Shown here piece by piece: positions 25,891 through 35,362 of a stretch of 38,172 nucleotides of DNA. The DNA comes from a virus: the UHGV virus genome UHGV-0200643; one strand, given 5' to 3'. Below the pieces are notes generated by a model. The model was not told the origin of the DNA. It ran no database searches and worked only from the letters and a program-made list of their open reading frames with translations. The position numbers were made by a program, and so were the translations under genes. How positions within the stretch are numbered: position 1 is the first letter of the stretch; the number at the start of each line of letters is the position of its first letter.

Positions 25891-26940
25891 TTATTTAAGT
25901 TCTATATAACCGTTATTAGTCCACCAGTCTGAATCATTAGATTTACCAGCATTTCCTATTTTCGTTTTAGTCTTTCCCTTAGATTCATTGAGTAAACTAT
26001 TTTGAATCATGTAGCCGTCCGATGCTGAATATAGAACAGTTCCATCAGAAGAGATTTGGTCGCTCCAATTAGCAAAATTTATCGAGTCGAGCGTCTGTTT
26101 TGTAAAAAATGTACTAATCGCTAAACCTTCTGATTCGTTACCTTTGTCATCAGTAAATGTTGTCGTCAATTGAATGATGATACTTTCGAATGGGGTGCCT
26201 TGTAGATTTTCTAAAATTTTTTCAACATCTTTGGGATAGGTAACTGCAACCAAAGAGTCGGCATTCCAAAAGGACTCGATTGGATAACTAATAATGACAT
26301 TGCTCCCTTCAATTTTAGTTTTATAATCGGAAACATCAGACTCACTCAATGCACTAGCTAAGATGTTTTCAGGCTTGCTTTCTTCAGTCTCATTTATTTT
26401 CTGGCGTTCGTCTGATTGATTATAAACTTCAACATTATAGGTTTCTGATACGTTTTCATTTGTTTCGGCTACAAGATCATAATAAATGAAATCTACTGTA
26501 GAAGGTAAAGTAACATAAAAATGAAATATTCCTTTTGAATCTGCAGTAGTTCGTATTTCTTTCAGAGAAACGTCATTACGTTCATTAGGTTTCAATTCAA
26601 CTTTGGCATTTTTTTTAGTTTTACCAACAATATCAGCTTTTCCATTTTTATCAGAGTCATATCCAAAATGATCAGAATACATAAACTTGTCGCTCACACT
26701 GATTTTTAAGGGTTCGTTTGCTTCGGTAGGATCAGAAGTCTTTTCAGTCGTTCCAGAGTTCGGTGATAACGAGAAAGCAAAAATAGAAACTACTAGAACG
26801 AGTAAGGAAATACCAATAACTATTAGTCCATTTTTTTTACCGTCTTTAGCAGTTAGTTTTTTTAAGCTAGGAAGCATTATAACGCCAGAAATAAAGCCGA
26901 TAATCGACAAACACATTAAAATTACAAAAAAAGATTGCAT
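25891..26940 (-). CDS. Membrane-anchored surface protein (2 N-terminal TM segments plus large extracytoplasmic domain), candidate superinfection exclusion protein
   Basis: TM helices FFVILMCLSIIGFISGVIML and LIVIGISLLVLVVSIFAFSL. AT-rich. Located between int and the repressor. The ATG at 26940 has RBS GGGGGAA; the track ORF starts at 26955. Confidence 0.5.
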   Translation of the reverse strand: MQSFFVILMCLSIIGFISGVIMLPSLKKLTAKDGKKNGLIVIGISLLVLVVSIFAFSLSPNSGTTEKTSDPTEANEPLKISVSDKFMYSDHFGYDSDKNGKADIVGKTKKNAKVELKPNERNDVSLKEIRTTADSKGIFHFYVTLPSTVDFIYYDLVAETNENVSETYNVEVYNQSDERQKINETEESKPENILASALSESDVSDYKTKIEGSNVIISYPIESFWNADSLVAVTYPKDVEKILENLQGTPFESIIIQLTTTFTDDKGNESEGLAISTFFTKQTLDSINFANWSDQISSDGTVLYSASDGYMIQNSLLNESKGKTKTKIGNAGKSNDSDWWTNNGYIELK

Positions 26941-27009
26941 CAACATTTCCCCCACAATAATAATTTTAAACTCCCACTTAATGGCAGGTAGTTTTAGTCG
27001 CCAGTATTT

Positions 27010-27414
27010 TTACCCATACGATTCTTGATACGCATATTCGAAAGCGATTTCTTTTATTAAGTCTTGATAACTCATATCTAAATTATTTTGTTCTATAAAC
27101 TGCATAAAATTGAACTCATGTATATCTATATCAAGAAGTGATATATAAATTCTTACAAGTTCAGTTATCATAAAACAATCAGCTTGATATTCCATTTTTG
27201 AATGAAATCTCCCGATTTTATAAATTTCTTTTAAGTCATCATGTAAAACTCCATGACCAGCTTCGTGTAAAATCACTTTAATCTTTTCGAAATCGTTTAA
27301 TCCCTTGCAGACAAACATTGTTTTTACTTCTGATATATAACAACCAGGTTTATCTAAATCAAATAATTTTAAAGTAATTCCATATTTTTCGAGAAGCGCT
27401 TCAACTTCCTTCAT
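27010..27414 (-). CDS. ImmA/IrrE-family metallopeptidase (anti-repressor protease)
   Basis: HEXXH motif (ILHEAGHGVLHDD). Its stop lies immediately downstream of the XRE repressor, the typical ImmR-ImmA arrangement. Confidence 0.75.
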   Translation of the reverse strand: MKEVEALLEKYGITLKLFDLDKPGCYISEVKTMFVCKGLNDFEKIKVILHEAGHGVLHDDLKEIYKIGRFHSKMEYQADCFMITELVRIYISLLDIDIHEFNFMQFIEQNNLDMSYQDLIKEIAFEYAYQESYG

Positions 27415-27428
27415 GTCAGCACTCCTCT

Positions 27429-27788
27429 TTATTTTCCATACTTTCCCTTTAGGTATGCACGAATAATTTCTCGATCATGATCTGTTATTGGTTCGCCGTC
27501 AAAACTCATAGCGCTGTCTAACATTTTATCAAGATCGGTATCTGTAGGTTTGTCCTTAACCGACGAAGAAGTACCATCAGCAAGATAATCAACACTTACA
27601 TTATAAATAGAAGCTAAGTCTTTTAAAGATTGTAAATCTGGTTCTCTCGTTCCGTACTCCCAATTAGCATAAGTAGCCATATTTTTTAAACCTAACTTGT
27701 TTGCCACTAATGTTTTTGTCCATCCGTTCTGTTCCCTTAACGATTCAAGACGTTTTGCTAGGGATGATCTATCATCAGACAATTTCAT
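27429..27788 (-). CDS. XRE-family HTH repressor (cI/ImmR-like)
   Basis: N-terminal HTH (LREQNGWTKTLVANKLGLKNMATYANWEYG). Transcribed divergently from the cro-like gene. Confidence 0.75.
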   Translation of the reverse strand: MKLSDDRSSLAKRLESLREQNGWTKTLVANKLGLKNMATYANWEYGTREPDLQSLKDLASIYNVSVDYLADGTSSSVKDKPTDTDLDKMLDSAMSFDGEPITDHDREIIRAYLKGKYGK

Positions 27789-27866
27789 TTAATCACCTCG
27801 TTTAATTTATTATAAATCATTTAAACCATATATTTAAAAAAATAAACAAAAAGTATAACAAAACCC

Positions 27867-27895
27867 TTGACTTAAACTAAATGTTTAAGTATACT
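27867..27895 (+). promoter_or_regulatory. Early rightward promoter (-35 TTGACT, 17-bp spacer, -10 TATACT) overlapping inverted operator repeats
   Basis: TTGACT at 27867-27872 and TATACT at 27890-27895. The inverted repeats TTAAACTAAA and TTTAGTTTAA flank and overlap the promoter. Confidence 0.55.
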
Positions 27896-27942
27896 TAATT
27901 CATAAGTTAAACGTTTAGTTTAATAGGAAGGAGTTGATTTGC

Positions 27943-28164
27943 TTGGAAATCGCAAAAGATGCATATTTAAAAATGCGAAGTATCCGGAAAGATAAAGGCA
28001 TTACTCAAGCGTATATTGCAAAAAAACTAGGTTTTTCTTCATCACAAGCTTACGCAAACATCGAATATGGGAAAACTGAATTAAAATTTAATGTAGCTGT
28101 GAGAGTAGCCGATATCTTGAATGTATCAGTATACGATTTTTTAGGAGAAGAAGTTAAACTTTAA
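27943..28164 (+). CDS. Cro-like XRE HTH regulator
   Basis: HTH (ITQAYIAKKLGFSSSQAYANIEYG). Likely TTG start at 27943, 9 nt after GGAG; ATG 27973 is an alternative. Confidence 0.6.
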   Translation: MEIAKDAYLKMRSIRKDKGITQAYIAKKLGFSSSQAYANIEYGKTELKFNVAVRVADILNVSVYDFLGEEVKL

Positions 28165-28201
28165 GTTTAATAATTATTTTTATAAAGAAGGAGGCTTCAA
28201 A

Positions 28202-28360
28202 ATGAAACGAGAAACCATGATCAAAATTTTAACCAAAGCTAGACCAGATATTCCTAAAGATTTCTGGGATGCATGGACAGACGATGAACTTTCCTTACAA
28301 GTCGGTTTAGTTAAGACATGGATGACACAACATGCAGTCGATGCAGCGTTTGCTTCATAA
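28202..28360 (+). CDS. Small 52-aa ORF (MKRETMIKILTKARPDIPKDFWDAWTDDELSLQVGLVKTWMTQHAVDAAFAS)
   Basis: Strong RBS GAAGGAGG at 28188-28195. Missing from the ORF track. Confidence 0.35.
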   Translation: MKRETMIKILTKARPDIPKDFWDAWTDDELSLQVGLVKTWMTQHAVDAAFAS

Positions 28361-28539
28361 GTTAATTGTAAACATGTTTGCTTCGTTATTGGACACTATT
28401 TTTACTGTTAGAACAAAATCGGGATACATTCGAAAAAAGACGAAACACTTGGTTAATCTGTTTGTTTCAAACCTAAAAATAGGAAATTATTGAAACCTAA
28501 TTCGGACAAATTCATGAAATAATTTAAGGAGGGATCGTA

Positions 28540-29073
28540 ATGATGCGAGTCGCTTTAAAAAGTGAATTAGATGCTTTGCTGATACGAAGAAATCTTTCGC
28601 AAAAAGAAGTCGCTAAAGAAAGCAACATTCCATTTTCAACATTGAATGGTTACACGAAAGGAACGCAAGAAGTTCCAGTTAATAAAGCTATAGATATTAA
28701 TAACGCTGTCGGAGATGACGTGTTTGCATCAGGTATTAGTAATAAGTATTTAGGTACTTTGAAAGCCTTAGATGGAAAAGTGTCAGAGGTTCTAACACCA
28801 ACGGAATTAGATTTTTTACAAGACCAAGAAACAATTCAGCGTGAGGAAAGAAGAGAACAAGCTAAAAGGTTGCTAATTAAATCGAAGCTTGAACCGCTAA
28901 ATGATCAAGACAAAGAAGACTTAGAAAAATACGTAATGGAATTTTTAGATGAAATAGTCGTTGAACTTTCTATCGTGTTTTCAATACTTAAGATTCTTAG
29001 AATGACAATCACTGAAGCTTTTTCCAAACGGATGCCACATTGGGTGACTAAAAAGTATATGAAAGGTGAATGA
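28540..29073 (+). CDS. HTH (XRE-like) DNA-binding protein of the early region
   Basis: N-terminal HTH (LSQKEVAKESNIPFSTLNGYTKG). RBS AAGGAGGG. Confidence 0.45.
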   Translation: MMRVALKSELDALLIRRNLSQKEVAKESNIPFSTLNGYTKGTQEVPVNKAIDINNAVGDDVFASGISNKYLGTLKALDGKVSEVLTPTELDFLQDQETIQREERREQAKRLLIKSKLEPLNDQDKEDLEKYVMEFLDEIVVELSIVFSILKILRMTITEAFSKRMPHWVTKKYMKGE

Positions 29074-29075
29074 AT

Positions 29076-29354
29076 ATGATTATTGAAAAACCTAAAGTAG
29101 TTCAGTTTAGAAATGAAAAAATCCAAGCTAAAAAGAACTATCCAGAAATGATTAGTCGATCAGAGTTAGCTAGACGATGGGGAGTATCAATCGGAACTAT
29201 CAAAAATTGGACAGATAGACCTTATGACCCGCTTCCTATGGAAATGACTTCACCAACACGAATCGGAACTAAAGAAGTCGTTAGAATCCCGTTCGAGCTC
29301 GCTGTCGAGTGGAAGGAACGCAATACGAACAGAAACTATGAGGTGAAAGCATGA
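29076..29354 (+). CDS. Small HTH DNA-binding protein (excisionase/MerR-like helix)
   Basis: SRSELARRWGVSIGTIKNW is an HTH-like segment. Confidence 0.4.
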   Translation: MIIEKPKVVQFRNEKIQAKKNYPEMISRSELARRWGVSIGTIKNWTDRPYDPLPMEMTSPTRIGTKEVVRIPFELAVEWKERNTNRNYEVKA

Positions 29355-29548
29355 GGAAAGATTTTGAGTATGTGCCGACTGTTCCAGTTGAATTAGCACA
29401 AAAATTAGCGACTTACAAAGCTACTAAGGTGATATTCACTGGCGCGATGATTGGAATCGCTACTATCGGATACTGGCCAATCGCATTAACATTAATACCT
29501 GTTTCATTTTTCGCGAACAAGATTGTCAAAAAGGTGCTGGGACTATGA
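29351..29548 (+). CDS. Small membrane protein (65 aa)
   Basis: Hydrophobic segments (IFTGAMIGIATIGYWPIALTLIPVSFF). Confidence 0.35.
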   Translation: MRKDFEYVPTVPVELAQKLATYKATKVIFTGAMIGIATIGYWPIALTLIPVSFFANKIVKKVLGL

Positions 29549-29731
29549 GGATACAAAAAAAGAGACTTACCAGCCAGCAAGCAAAAGTAAGTCACTAATG
29601 AAAGTTTATCTAGGAGGATTATAACATGTTTAATTACGATTCTGCAATGTCAGATACAGAGAGTCATATTTTTGTAAATGTATCACAAAATGCTGACAAA
29701 GACTCTCCTGATAATTTAGAAGGGTGGGCTG

Positions 29732-30679
29732 ATGATGGTGAAAAAATCAACAATCGAAATGACTCACAACGAATGGCTTGAAGACAGAAGAAAAGGTATT
29801 GGCGGGTCTGATGTTGGAACTATTCTTGGATTGAATAAGTGGAAATCACCTTATCAACTATGGCTAGAGAAAACAGGACAAGTAGAACTGGATGAATCAA
29901 ATAGCGAACCAGCCTATTGGGGCAATGTTTTAGAAGAAATAGTCGCAAAAGAATTTACCGAACGAACTGGAAAAAAAGTTCGGCGTCGCAATCAAGTATT
30001 TGAGCACGCGTTGCATCCATTTTTGAGAGCCAATATTGATCGAGATGTTGTCGGTGAAAATGCCATATTGGAATGTAAAACAGCGAATAGCTTCTTATCA
30101 AAAGAATGGGATGGCGAAGAGATCCCCATGAGTTATCTTTGTCAAATACAACATTACATGAATGTTTTAAATAGAGATTTCGCGTACATCGCTGTCTTAA
30201 TTGGTGGACAAAAGTTCATTTGGAAAAAGATAGAACGGGATCAAGAATTGATTGACATAATAACTGAGCGACTAGTCGAATTTTGGGAAATCAATGTTAT
30301 TACAGGAATGGAACCACCTATCGATGGTAGCGACGCTACCGCCGAGTTTATAAAGAATCACTATTCAACAGAGGGAACCGAAGAAATCAGTTTATCTAGC
30401 GAATATGACGAATTGATCGAAAGTAAACGGGACCTAAAGAAATCAGAAAAGGAAATTCAGACTCAGATTAAGAAGATCGATAACCAAATAAAATCGGAAC
30501 TTGGAAAAAATGATGCAGTGGTCGGTATAAGCCCTAAATTCATTGTTTCGTGGAAGTCACAAGAACGGACTTCACTTGATAAAAAGCTGTTAGCTGAGAA
30601 ATATCCAGAAGTAGTAAAAGATTCTAGTATTTACAAAACGTCTAGTTTTAAACGACTAGCTGAAAAGGAGATCAAATAA
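29732..30679 (+). CDS. YqaJ-like viral recombinase exonuclease (PD-(D/E)XK)
   Basis: GIGGSDVGTILG and D...ILECKT motifs. Immediately upstream of RecT. Confidence 0.7.
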   Translation: MMVKKSTIEMTHNEWLEDRRKGIGGSDVGTILGLNKWKSPYQLWLEKTGQVELDESNSEPAYWGNVLEEIVAKEFTERTGKKVRRRNQVFEHALHPFLRANIDRDVVGENAILECKTANSFLSKEWDGEEIPMSYLCQIQHYMNVLNRDFAYIAVLIGGQKFIWKKIERDQELIDIITERLVEFWEINVITGMEPPIDGSDATAEFIKNHYSTEGTEEISLSSEYDELIESKRDLKKSEKEIQTQIKKIDNQIKSELGKNDAVVGISPKFIVSWKSQERTSLDKKLLAEKYPEVVKDSSIYKTSSFKRLAEKEIK

Positions 30680-31603
30680 ATGGCCACAAATGATACTTTA
30701 AAAAATCAGTTAAGCGAACAGAAATCGCAAGAAGTCAGCGCTCAATCATTAGGGTTCAAAGCATTAATGAATACACCAACTATGAAAAAGAAGTTTCAGG
30801 ATATTCTCCATGAGAAGTCAGATTCCTTCATGGGATCATTGATGACTTTAGTTGGAGGAGACAACTATCTTTCAAATGCAGAACCAATGACAATTATTGC
30901 TTCTGCATTAAAAGCTGCGACCATGGATTTACCCATTGATAAGAATTTAGGTTATGCATATGTCGTTCCATTTAATAGAAAAGAAAAAGTTGGAAAAGAC
31001 TGGGTCACACATAATGAAGCGCAATTCATACTAGGATACAAGGGATATATTCAACTAGCCCAACGTTCTGGGCAGTACAAAGCATTGAACGCTTTAGAAG
31101 TGTATGAAGGTCAATTGATTGAATGGAATCCCCTCACAGAAGAGTTTATTTTTGATTATTCAGCCAAGGCTTCAGATAAAGTCATCGGTTATGTAGGTTT
31201 CTTCGAATTATTGAATGGATTTAAAAAAACAGTTTATTGGACGAAACAAGAAATCGAAGCTCATCGAATTAAAAATGCTAAAGGTTACGATAAAGAAAAA
31301 TTAACAGGCGCTTGGAAAGATAACTATGATTCGATGGCCATAAAAACGGTACTACGTAATCTTCTTGCTAAATGGGGAATTTTGTCGGTAGAAATGCAGA
31401 CAGCAGTGACTTCCGATGAAAAAGTATTTCGACTTGATGATAATGACGACTTGATTGAAGAGACCGCATTGAATGAAGCTGAGCCAATCAAAACTGATAG
31501 AAAAGAAGCAGAAAAGGTTAATGAAAAACCGACCAATGAAAATCAAACTGCTCTATTTAACGATAAGCAGCCACCATTGAAAGACGATAAATACCCATTT
31601 TAA
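30680..31603 (+). CDS. recT: RecT-family single-strand annealing recombinase
   Basis: 307 aa. The GYKGYIQLAQRSGQYK region is typical of RecT. Its start abuts the YqaJ stop. Confidence 0.8.
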   Translation: MATNDTLKNQLSEQKSQEVSAQSLGFKALMNTPTMKKKFQDILHEKSDSFMGSLMTLVGGDNYLSNAEPMTIIASALKAATMDLPIDKNLGYAYVVPFNRKEKVGKDWVTHNEAQFILGYKGYIQLAQRSGQYKALNALEVYEGQLIEWNPLTEEFIFDYSAKASDKVIGYVGFFELLNGFKKTVYWTKQEIEAHRIKNAKGYDKEKLTGAWKDNYDSMAIKTVLRNLLAKWGILSVEMQTAVTSDEKVFRLDDNDDLIEETALNEAEPIKTDRKEAEKVNEKPTNENQTALFNDKQPPLKDDKYPF

Positions 31604-31642
31604 TAGAGGGAGTTTTCTCCCTCTTAACTAGGAGGTGAAGCT

Positions 31643-32482
31643 GTGGCAAGGCCAACAAAACAGGGCATTGATTATTACTCCTTAGACGTTAATTTTTTAA
31701 AAGATATCAAAGTAAGAAAGATAAGAAAAGCTTGCGGACCACAATCTATCGAGATACTACTTTGCCTGCTGGGTAATATTTACCGTGAAAATGGGTATTA
31801 CATTGGGTGGGATGAAGATACAGTGTTCTTAGTTGCTGACGAAGTTGGGGCGAAAGAGGGCTTAGTTGAAGAGGTTGTAGCAAAAGCAATTCAATCAAAA
31901 TTCTTTGACCATCAAAAATATGAACAATACAAAATTTTAACTTCAAATGGGATTCAAAAAAGATACTTTGAAGCAACTACAAAAAGAAAAGGTGTCGAAG
32001 TTAAAAAAGAGTTTTTAGTTAATGATGACAGTAACCCTAGTTCAACTGTAGTTAATGACAGCAATAACTACAGCTCAAGTGAAGTTAATGAGGGCGATAA
32101 TGAACAAAGTAAAGTAAATAAAACTAAAGTAAATAAAAGTAAAACAAATAACTATGTTTTCGGCGTTTTTGAATTCTTGGAAACAAATCATTTTGGGAAT
32201 CCATATTCTGAACCGATGGCAACAGACATCAGTGAATGGATAAAGAACCTAAGGGGAAAAGGACTCAAGGACTCTCAAATTGATGATTGGATGATTATGG
32301 GCGTTAAAGTGGCTTCTGGAAATAATCGTCGTTTTTGGAATTATGTTGACGGTGTTTTGAGGAATTGGGATAACAATGCTGCGTACACCAAAGAAGATAT
32401 CGAAAATCAAAAGAAAAATAAATCCGGCGGCAAAAAATTAGAAAATACAGGCTCAAGTGAATACGACAACCTGGGCTGGTAG
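31643..32482 (+). CDS. DnaD-domain / phage replisome organizer replication initiator
   Basis: 279 aa with a GTG start. An N-terminal replisome-organizer-like region, a low-complexity central linker encoded by repeats, and a C-terminal DnaD-like region. Confidence 0.6.
   Translation: MARPTKQGIDYYSLDVNFLKDIKVRKIRKACGPQSIEILLCLLGNIYRENGYYIGWDEDTVFLVADEVGAKEGLVEEVVAKAIQSKFFDHQKYEQYKILTSNGIQKRYFEATTKRKGVEVKKEFLVNDDSNPSSTVVNDSNNYSSSEVNEGDNEQSKVNKTKVNKSKTNNYVFGVFEFLETNHFGNPYSEPMATDISEWIKNLRGKGLKDSQIDDWMIMGVKVASGNNRRFWNYVDGVLRNWDNNAAYTKEDIENQKKNKSGGKKLENTGSSEYDNLGW
32016..32140 (+). repeat. Putative origin iterons inside the initiator gene (3 x AGTTAATGA at about 33-bp spacing, then 3 x AAAGTAAATAAAA-like)
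   Basis: AGTTAATGA at 32016, 32050 and 32083. AAAGTAAATAAAA at 32108 and 32125, and AAAGTAAAACAAAT at about 32137. Confidence 0.5.
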
Positions 32483-32490
32483 GAGGTCAC

Positions 32491-33339
32491 ATGGAAAATT
32501 TAGGACAAGCGATGCAGAAAATCATTGATCGAGTATTCATTACTGTTGGCAGTTGCCCAGATTGTGGAGCTGAGATGTACCAATGGCGTGAAAAGCTACC
32601 TAGTGGCGAAGATCGCTGCGGGCCGACTTGCATGATTTGTGGACACAAAGAGCTTAAGAGAAAGCAAGATTATGATACTCGAGTGATGTATAACGAAAGT
32701 TTGAAAAAGCGTGCGTTAAATTACTTCAAACATAGCTCTATCGTGCCGGATAAAACACTGTTTGAGAAGCGACTGAAAGGTTACATGGTGACAGACCAGG
32801 AGACTAAGAACGCGCTAGAGATCGCTAAAAGAGCAGTGAATGAATTTATTTTAGGCAAACCAGTTCATGTTGTGTTTACTGGGAAATCAGGCACGGGTAA
32901 AAGCCACTTAGCGATGTCTATAGCATGGGATGTTTTAGAACGATCAAATTATGATAGAGACGTGCTGTATGTTAACTATCGCGAGTTATTAGATCAATTG
33001 AGATTCGCGATGAACGACAAAGAAGCACAAAGACAAATACAAGGTGCTCTTATGGCGGAGTTAAAAACAGCTGACCTAGTTATCATCGATGATATTGGAG
33101 CCGAGCTAGGTGGAAACAAGACATCTGATAGTTCGCGATATAACAACGATACGCTTACCGGGTTGTTGGAAGCTCGTCAAAATATGGCAACTGTTGTAAC
33201 AACTAATCTAACGGCTAAAGAGCTCCAAGAAGCATATGGAGAACGAATTTTATCAAGAATATTGCAAAACTCAAAAGGCTTTGTCGTATCAATGAAATCA
33301 ACAAAGGACAAACGTTTGATCGGTGGGATAGTGGCATGA
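32491..33339 (+). CDS. DnaC/IstB-like AAA+ helicase loader with N-terminal zinc ribbon
   Basis: CPDCG...C..C zinc ribbon. Walker A GKSGTGKSHLA. Walker B LVIIDDIG. Confidence 0.75.
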   Translation: MENLGQAMQKIIDRVFITVGSCPDCGAEMYQWREKLPSGEDRCGPTCMICGHKELKRKQDYDTRVMYNESLKKRALNYFKHSSIVPDKTLFEKRLKGYMVTDQETKNALEIAKRAVNEFILGKPVHVVFTGKSGTGKSHLAMSIAWDVLERSNYDRDVLYVNYRELLDQLRFAMNDKEAQRQIQGALMAELKTADLVIIDDIGAELGGNKTSDSSRYNNDTLTGLLEARQNMATVVTTNLTAKELQEAYGERILSRILQNSKGFVVSMKSTKDKRLIGGIVA

Positions 33340-33878
33340 AGCCTTGGAGTCAGTTTGAAAAACATATTGAGAGCGTGAATCAATTCTATCGTGTCAAAGG
33401 ATTTGGGGTTGTCGAAAAGATTCCGAACGGCACGAAAACAATCAGGCAAGGCGGCCGCCAGATCATCGTTAGAGACACGAAAACAGGATGTGACTTTATC
33501 GGACATTTAGACGGCACACCGATTGCCTTTGACTGCAAATTGACCGCTAACAAGACGAATTTTCCGTTTGGATCAGGCAAAGTCGTAACAGTCAAACCAC
33601 ACCAAAAAGCATTTCTAAAAGACTTTAAAAAAAGTGGTGGGCAAGCCTTTTTCCTAATTGCTTTAGAAAACGCTAGGCGAGTGTTTTTAGTCGATATAGA
33701 CAGTTACATGACCATTGAGCAAGAAATGCTTTTAAACAAACGCAAATCGATTCCTATCGCGAGATTAGAGCAATACGAGGTGGATCAAGCGACTGGAATT
33801 ATTGATTACCGCAGAAATATTCTTGAATACTTAAAGAGAAAAGAGGCAATTATCATTGGTGCCAAAAAAGAGGATTAA
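33336..33878 (+). CDS. RecU-like Holliday junction resolvase (putative)
   Basis: 180 aa. The FDCKLT and D/E/K pattern resembles the RecU/PD-(D/E)XK core. Position after the replication genes fits. Confidence 0.4.
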   Translation: MKPWSQFEKHIESVNQFYRVKGFGVVEKIPNGTKTIRQGGRQIIVRDTKTGCDFIGHLDGTPIAFDCKLTANKTNFPFGSGKVVTVKPHQKAFLKDFKKSGGQAFFLIALENARRVFLVDIDSYMTIEQEMLLNKRKSIPIARLEQYEVDQATGIIDYRRNILEYLKRKEAIIIGAKKED

Positions 33879-34041
33879 AGAGCTGATTCAGCGTTATGGA
33901 TATTGCGAAGTTAAAAAATATCGTCAATGGGACAATCGTCATTATTCTGCAATTGCAGACGGTGTAGCTGTTGTCGTAGATTTAAGAACCTGTGAACTAT
34001 TTGAGTGGAATAGCAATGCAAAAAAGCTAATGAAAAAATGA
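33856..34041 (+). CDS. Hypothetical early protein (61 aa)
   Basis: ORF with an overlapping start. Confidence 0.3.
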   Translation: MVPKKRIKELIQRYGYCEVKKYRQWDNRHYSAIADGVAVVVDLRTCELFEWNSNAKKLMKK

Positions 34042-34076
34042 GAGGCACGGCATCAAACTAAATTCGAGGTGATCCA

Positions 34077-34274
34077 ATGTATCGCATATATCACGATAAG
34101 ATTGCAGCAATCGTAGCAGACGAAGACAGAAAACTGTTCTGCTATACCAGCATTGAAAAAGCAAAGCAAGTAGCTAAGAGTATTGAATCGAAAACGAGTT
34201 ATCGAACAGCGTTGAATCAGCGAGAAGAGTTTCTACTCGAAGTTGGATATAAGAAAGAGAAATTTATTGGATAG
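34077..34274 (+). CDS. Hypothetical early protein (65 aa)
   Basis: RBS GAGGTGA. Confidence 0.35.
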   Translation: MYRIYHDKIAAIVADEDRKLFCYTSIEKAKQVAKSIESKTSYRTALNQREEFLLEVGYKKEKFIG

Positions 34275-34314
34275 TCCGCTAACTGGAGCTATCAAGTAGA
34301 AATGAGGTGCTATA

Positions 34315-34764
34315 GTGCAAGCGATTTTCACACTTACTCGTCGAGGGTTTAACGAAAAAATCAAAGTTGGTGAGATCATCAACTATAAAGAAAATGAAAA
34401 GTACGTCTTGACTCATATTGCCGAGATTGAACAATTCTATGGCAGTTCCGCTCGTATGGTTGTCAAAGGAGTAGCGCAACTAATTGGTGGTAAGTCAGAT
34501 TATCATTTATACGAAAAAACAAGCGAGTTTGTATGTAAATATCCGAAAGGTGAATTTGATAACAACAATCCTTTGTATAGAGTTGGGGATATTTTTGTAT
34601 TTGATGGCATCTGTGGCGAAGTTACAAATATAGAATCGATTGAATATGAATTTGTTGATTTGGTTGTAGCTTATCGTTCACGATTAATTCGACCGTGGAG
34701 TAATGAGGAAATGAATCAAGCGATAAAAGAAGATCGGTTATCAAAATTCACTGTAATTGGATAA
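34315..34764 (+). CDS. Hypothetical early protein (149 aa)
   Basis: RBS GAGGTG; GTG start. Confidence 0.4.
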   Translation: MQAIFTLTRRGFNEKIKVGEIINYKENEKYVLTHIAEIEQFYGSSARMVVKGVAQLIGGKSDYHLYEKTSEFVCKYPKGEFDNNNPLYRVGDIFVFDGICGEVTNIESIEYEFVDLVVAYRSRLIRPWSNEEMNQAIKEDRLSKFTVIG

Positions 34765-34803
34765 GGAATTCATTTAGCGGAGGACTTAGAGGAGGAAGCA
34801 GTA

Positions 34804-35361
34804 ATGGGAAAACAGGAATTGATTGAGAAATGGGAGAATAAGACAAGCGCTCCTTCATGTAAAATAAGCGCTTCTTCAATTCGTCCATCTGAATATGAAA
34901 TGTACAACGTAGGATATGGTGTAGCGCGTGTTGAAATTATAGAGGACTTAAAGCGGCTAGACGAACCGCAGAAAGTCAAAGTGCCGGCGTTTGTGGCTGA
35001 GTGGATAGAATGGTCTCAAAATCGTAAATGGGCCTTGTCTAATGTAGTTGACGCTTCAAATATAAAATATTTTGAAGATCATAACGAACCAACAGGACTG
35101 ACATCATGGTTTGTTAAAAAAGGACATGATGAAATTCTAGCTCGTGCATGGTTAGACGGCTACGAGGTCGAGAAAGAGCCAAAGTGGAAAATAATTAATG
35201 ATCAAAACTACTGTCTGACATCAATAGAAGCAGGATATGGCAACTCGTTACATTGGGCTTTCGACAGTACGAAGAAAAGACCTATCCTCTTTGACAATGA
35301 GGAAACGGCAATGTATACCGCATATATCACTGGCGGTATAGTCGAGAAAGTGGAGGTGTGA
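34804..35361 (+). CDS. Hypothetical early protein (185 aa)
   Basis: RBS GAGGAGG. Confidence 0.45.
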   Translation: MGKQELIEKWENKTSAPSCKISASSIRPSEYEMYNVGYGVARVEIIEDLKRLDEPQKVKVPAFVAEWIEWSQNRKWALSNVVDASNIKYFEDHNEPTGLTSWFVKKGHDEILARAWLDGYEVEKEPKWKIINDQNYCLTSIEAGYGNSLHWAFDSTKKRPILFDNEETAMYTAYITGGIVEKVEV

Positions 35362-35362
35362 A

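Noticed and set aside
29627-29779. 51-codon ORF (MFNYDSAMSDTESHIFVNVSQNADKDSPDNLEGWADDGEKINNRNDSQRMA) with RBS AGGAGG overlapping the yqaJ start
   Set aside because: It is plausible, but it overlaps the YqaJ N-terminus by about 50 nt in another frame. It could simply be the untranslated leader. Left unannotated.
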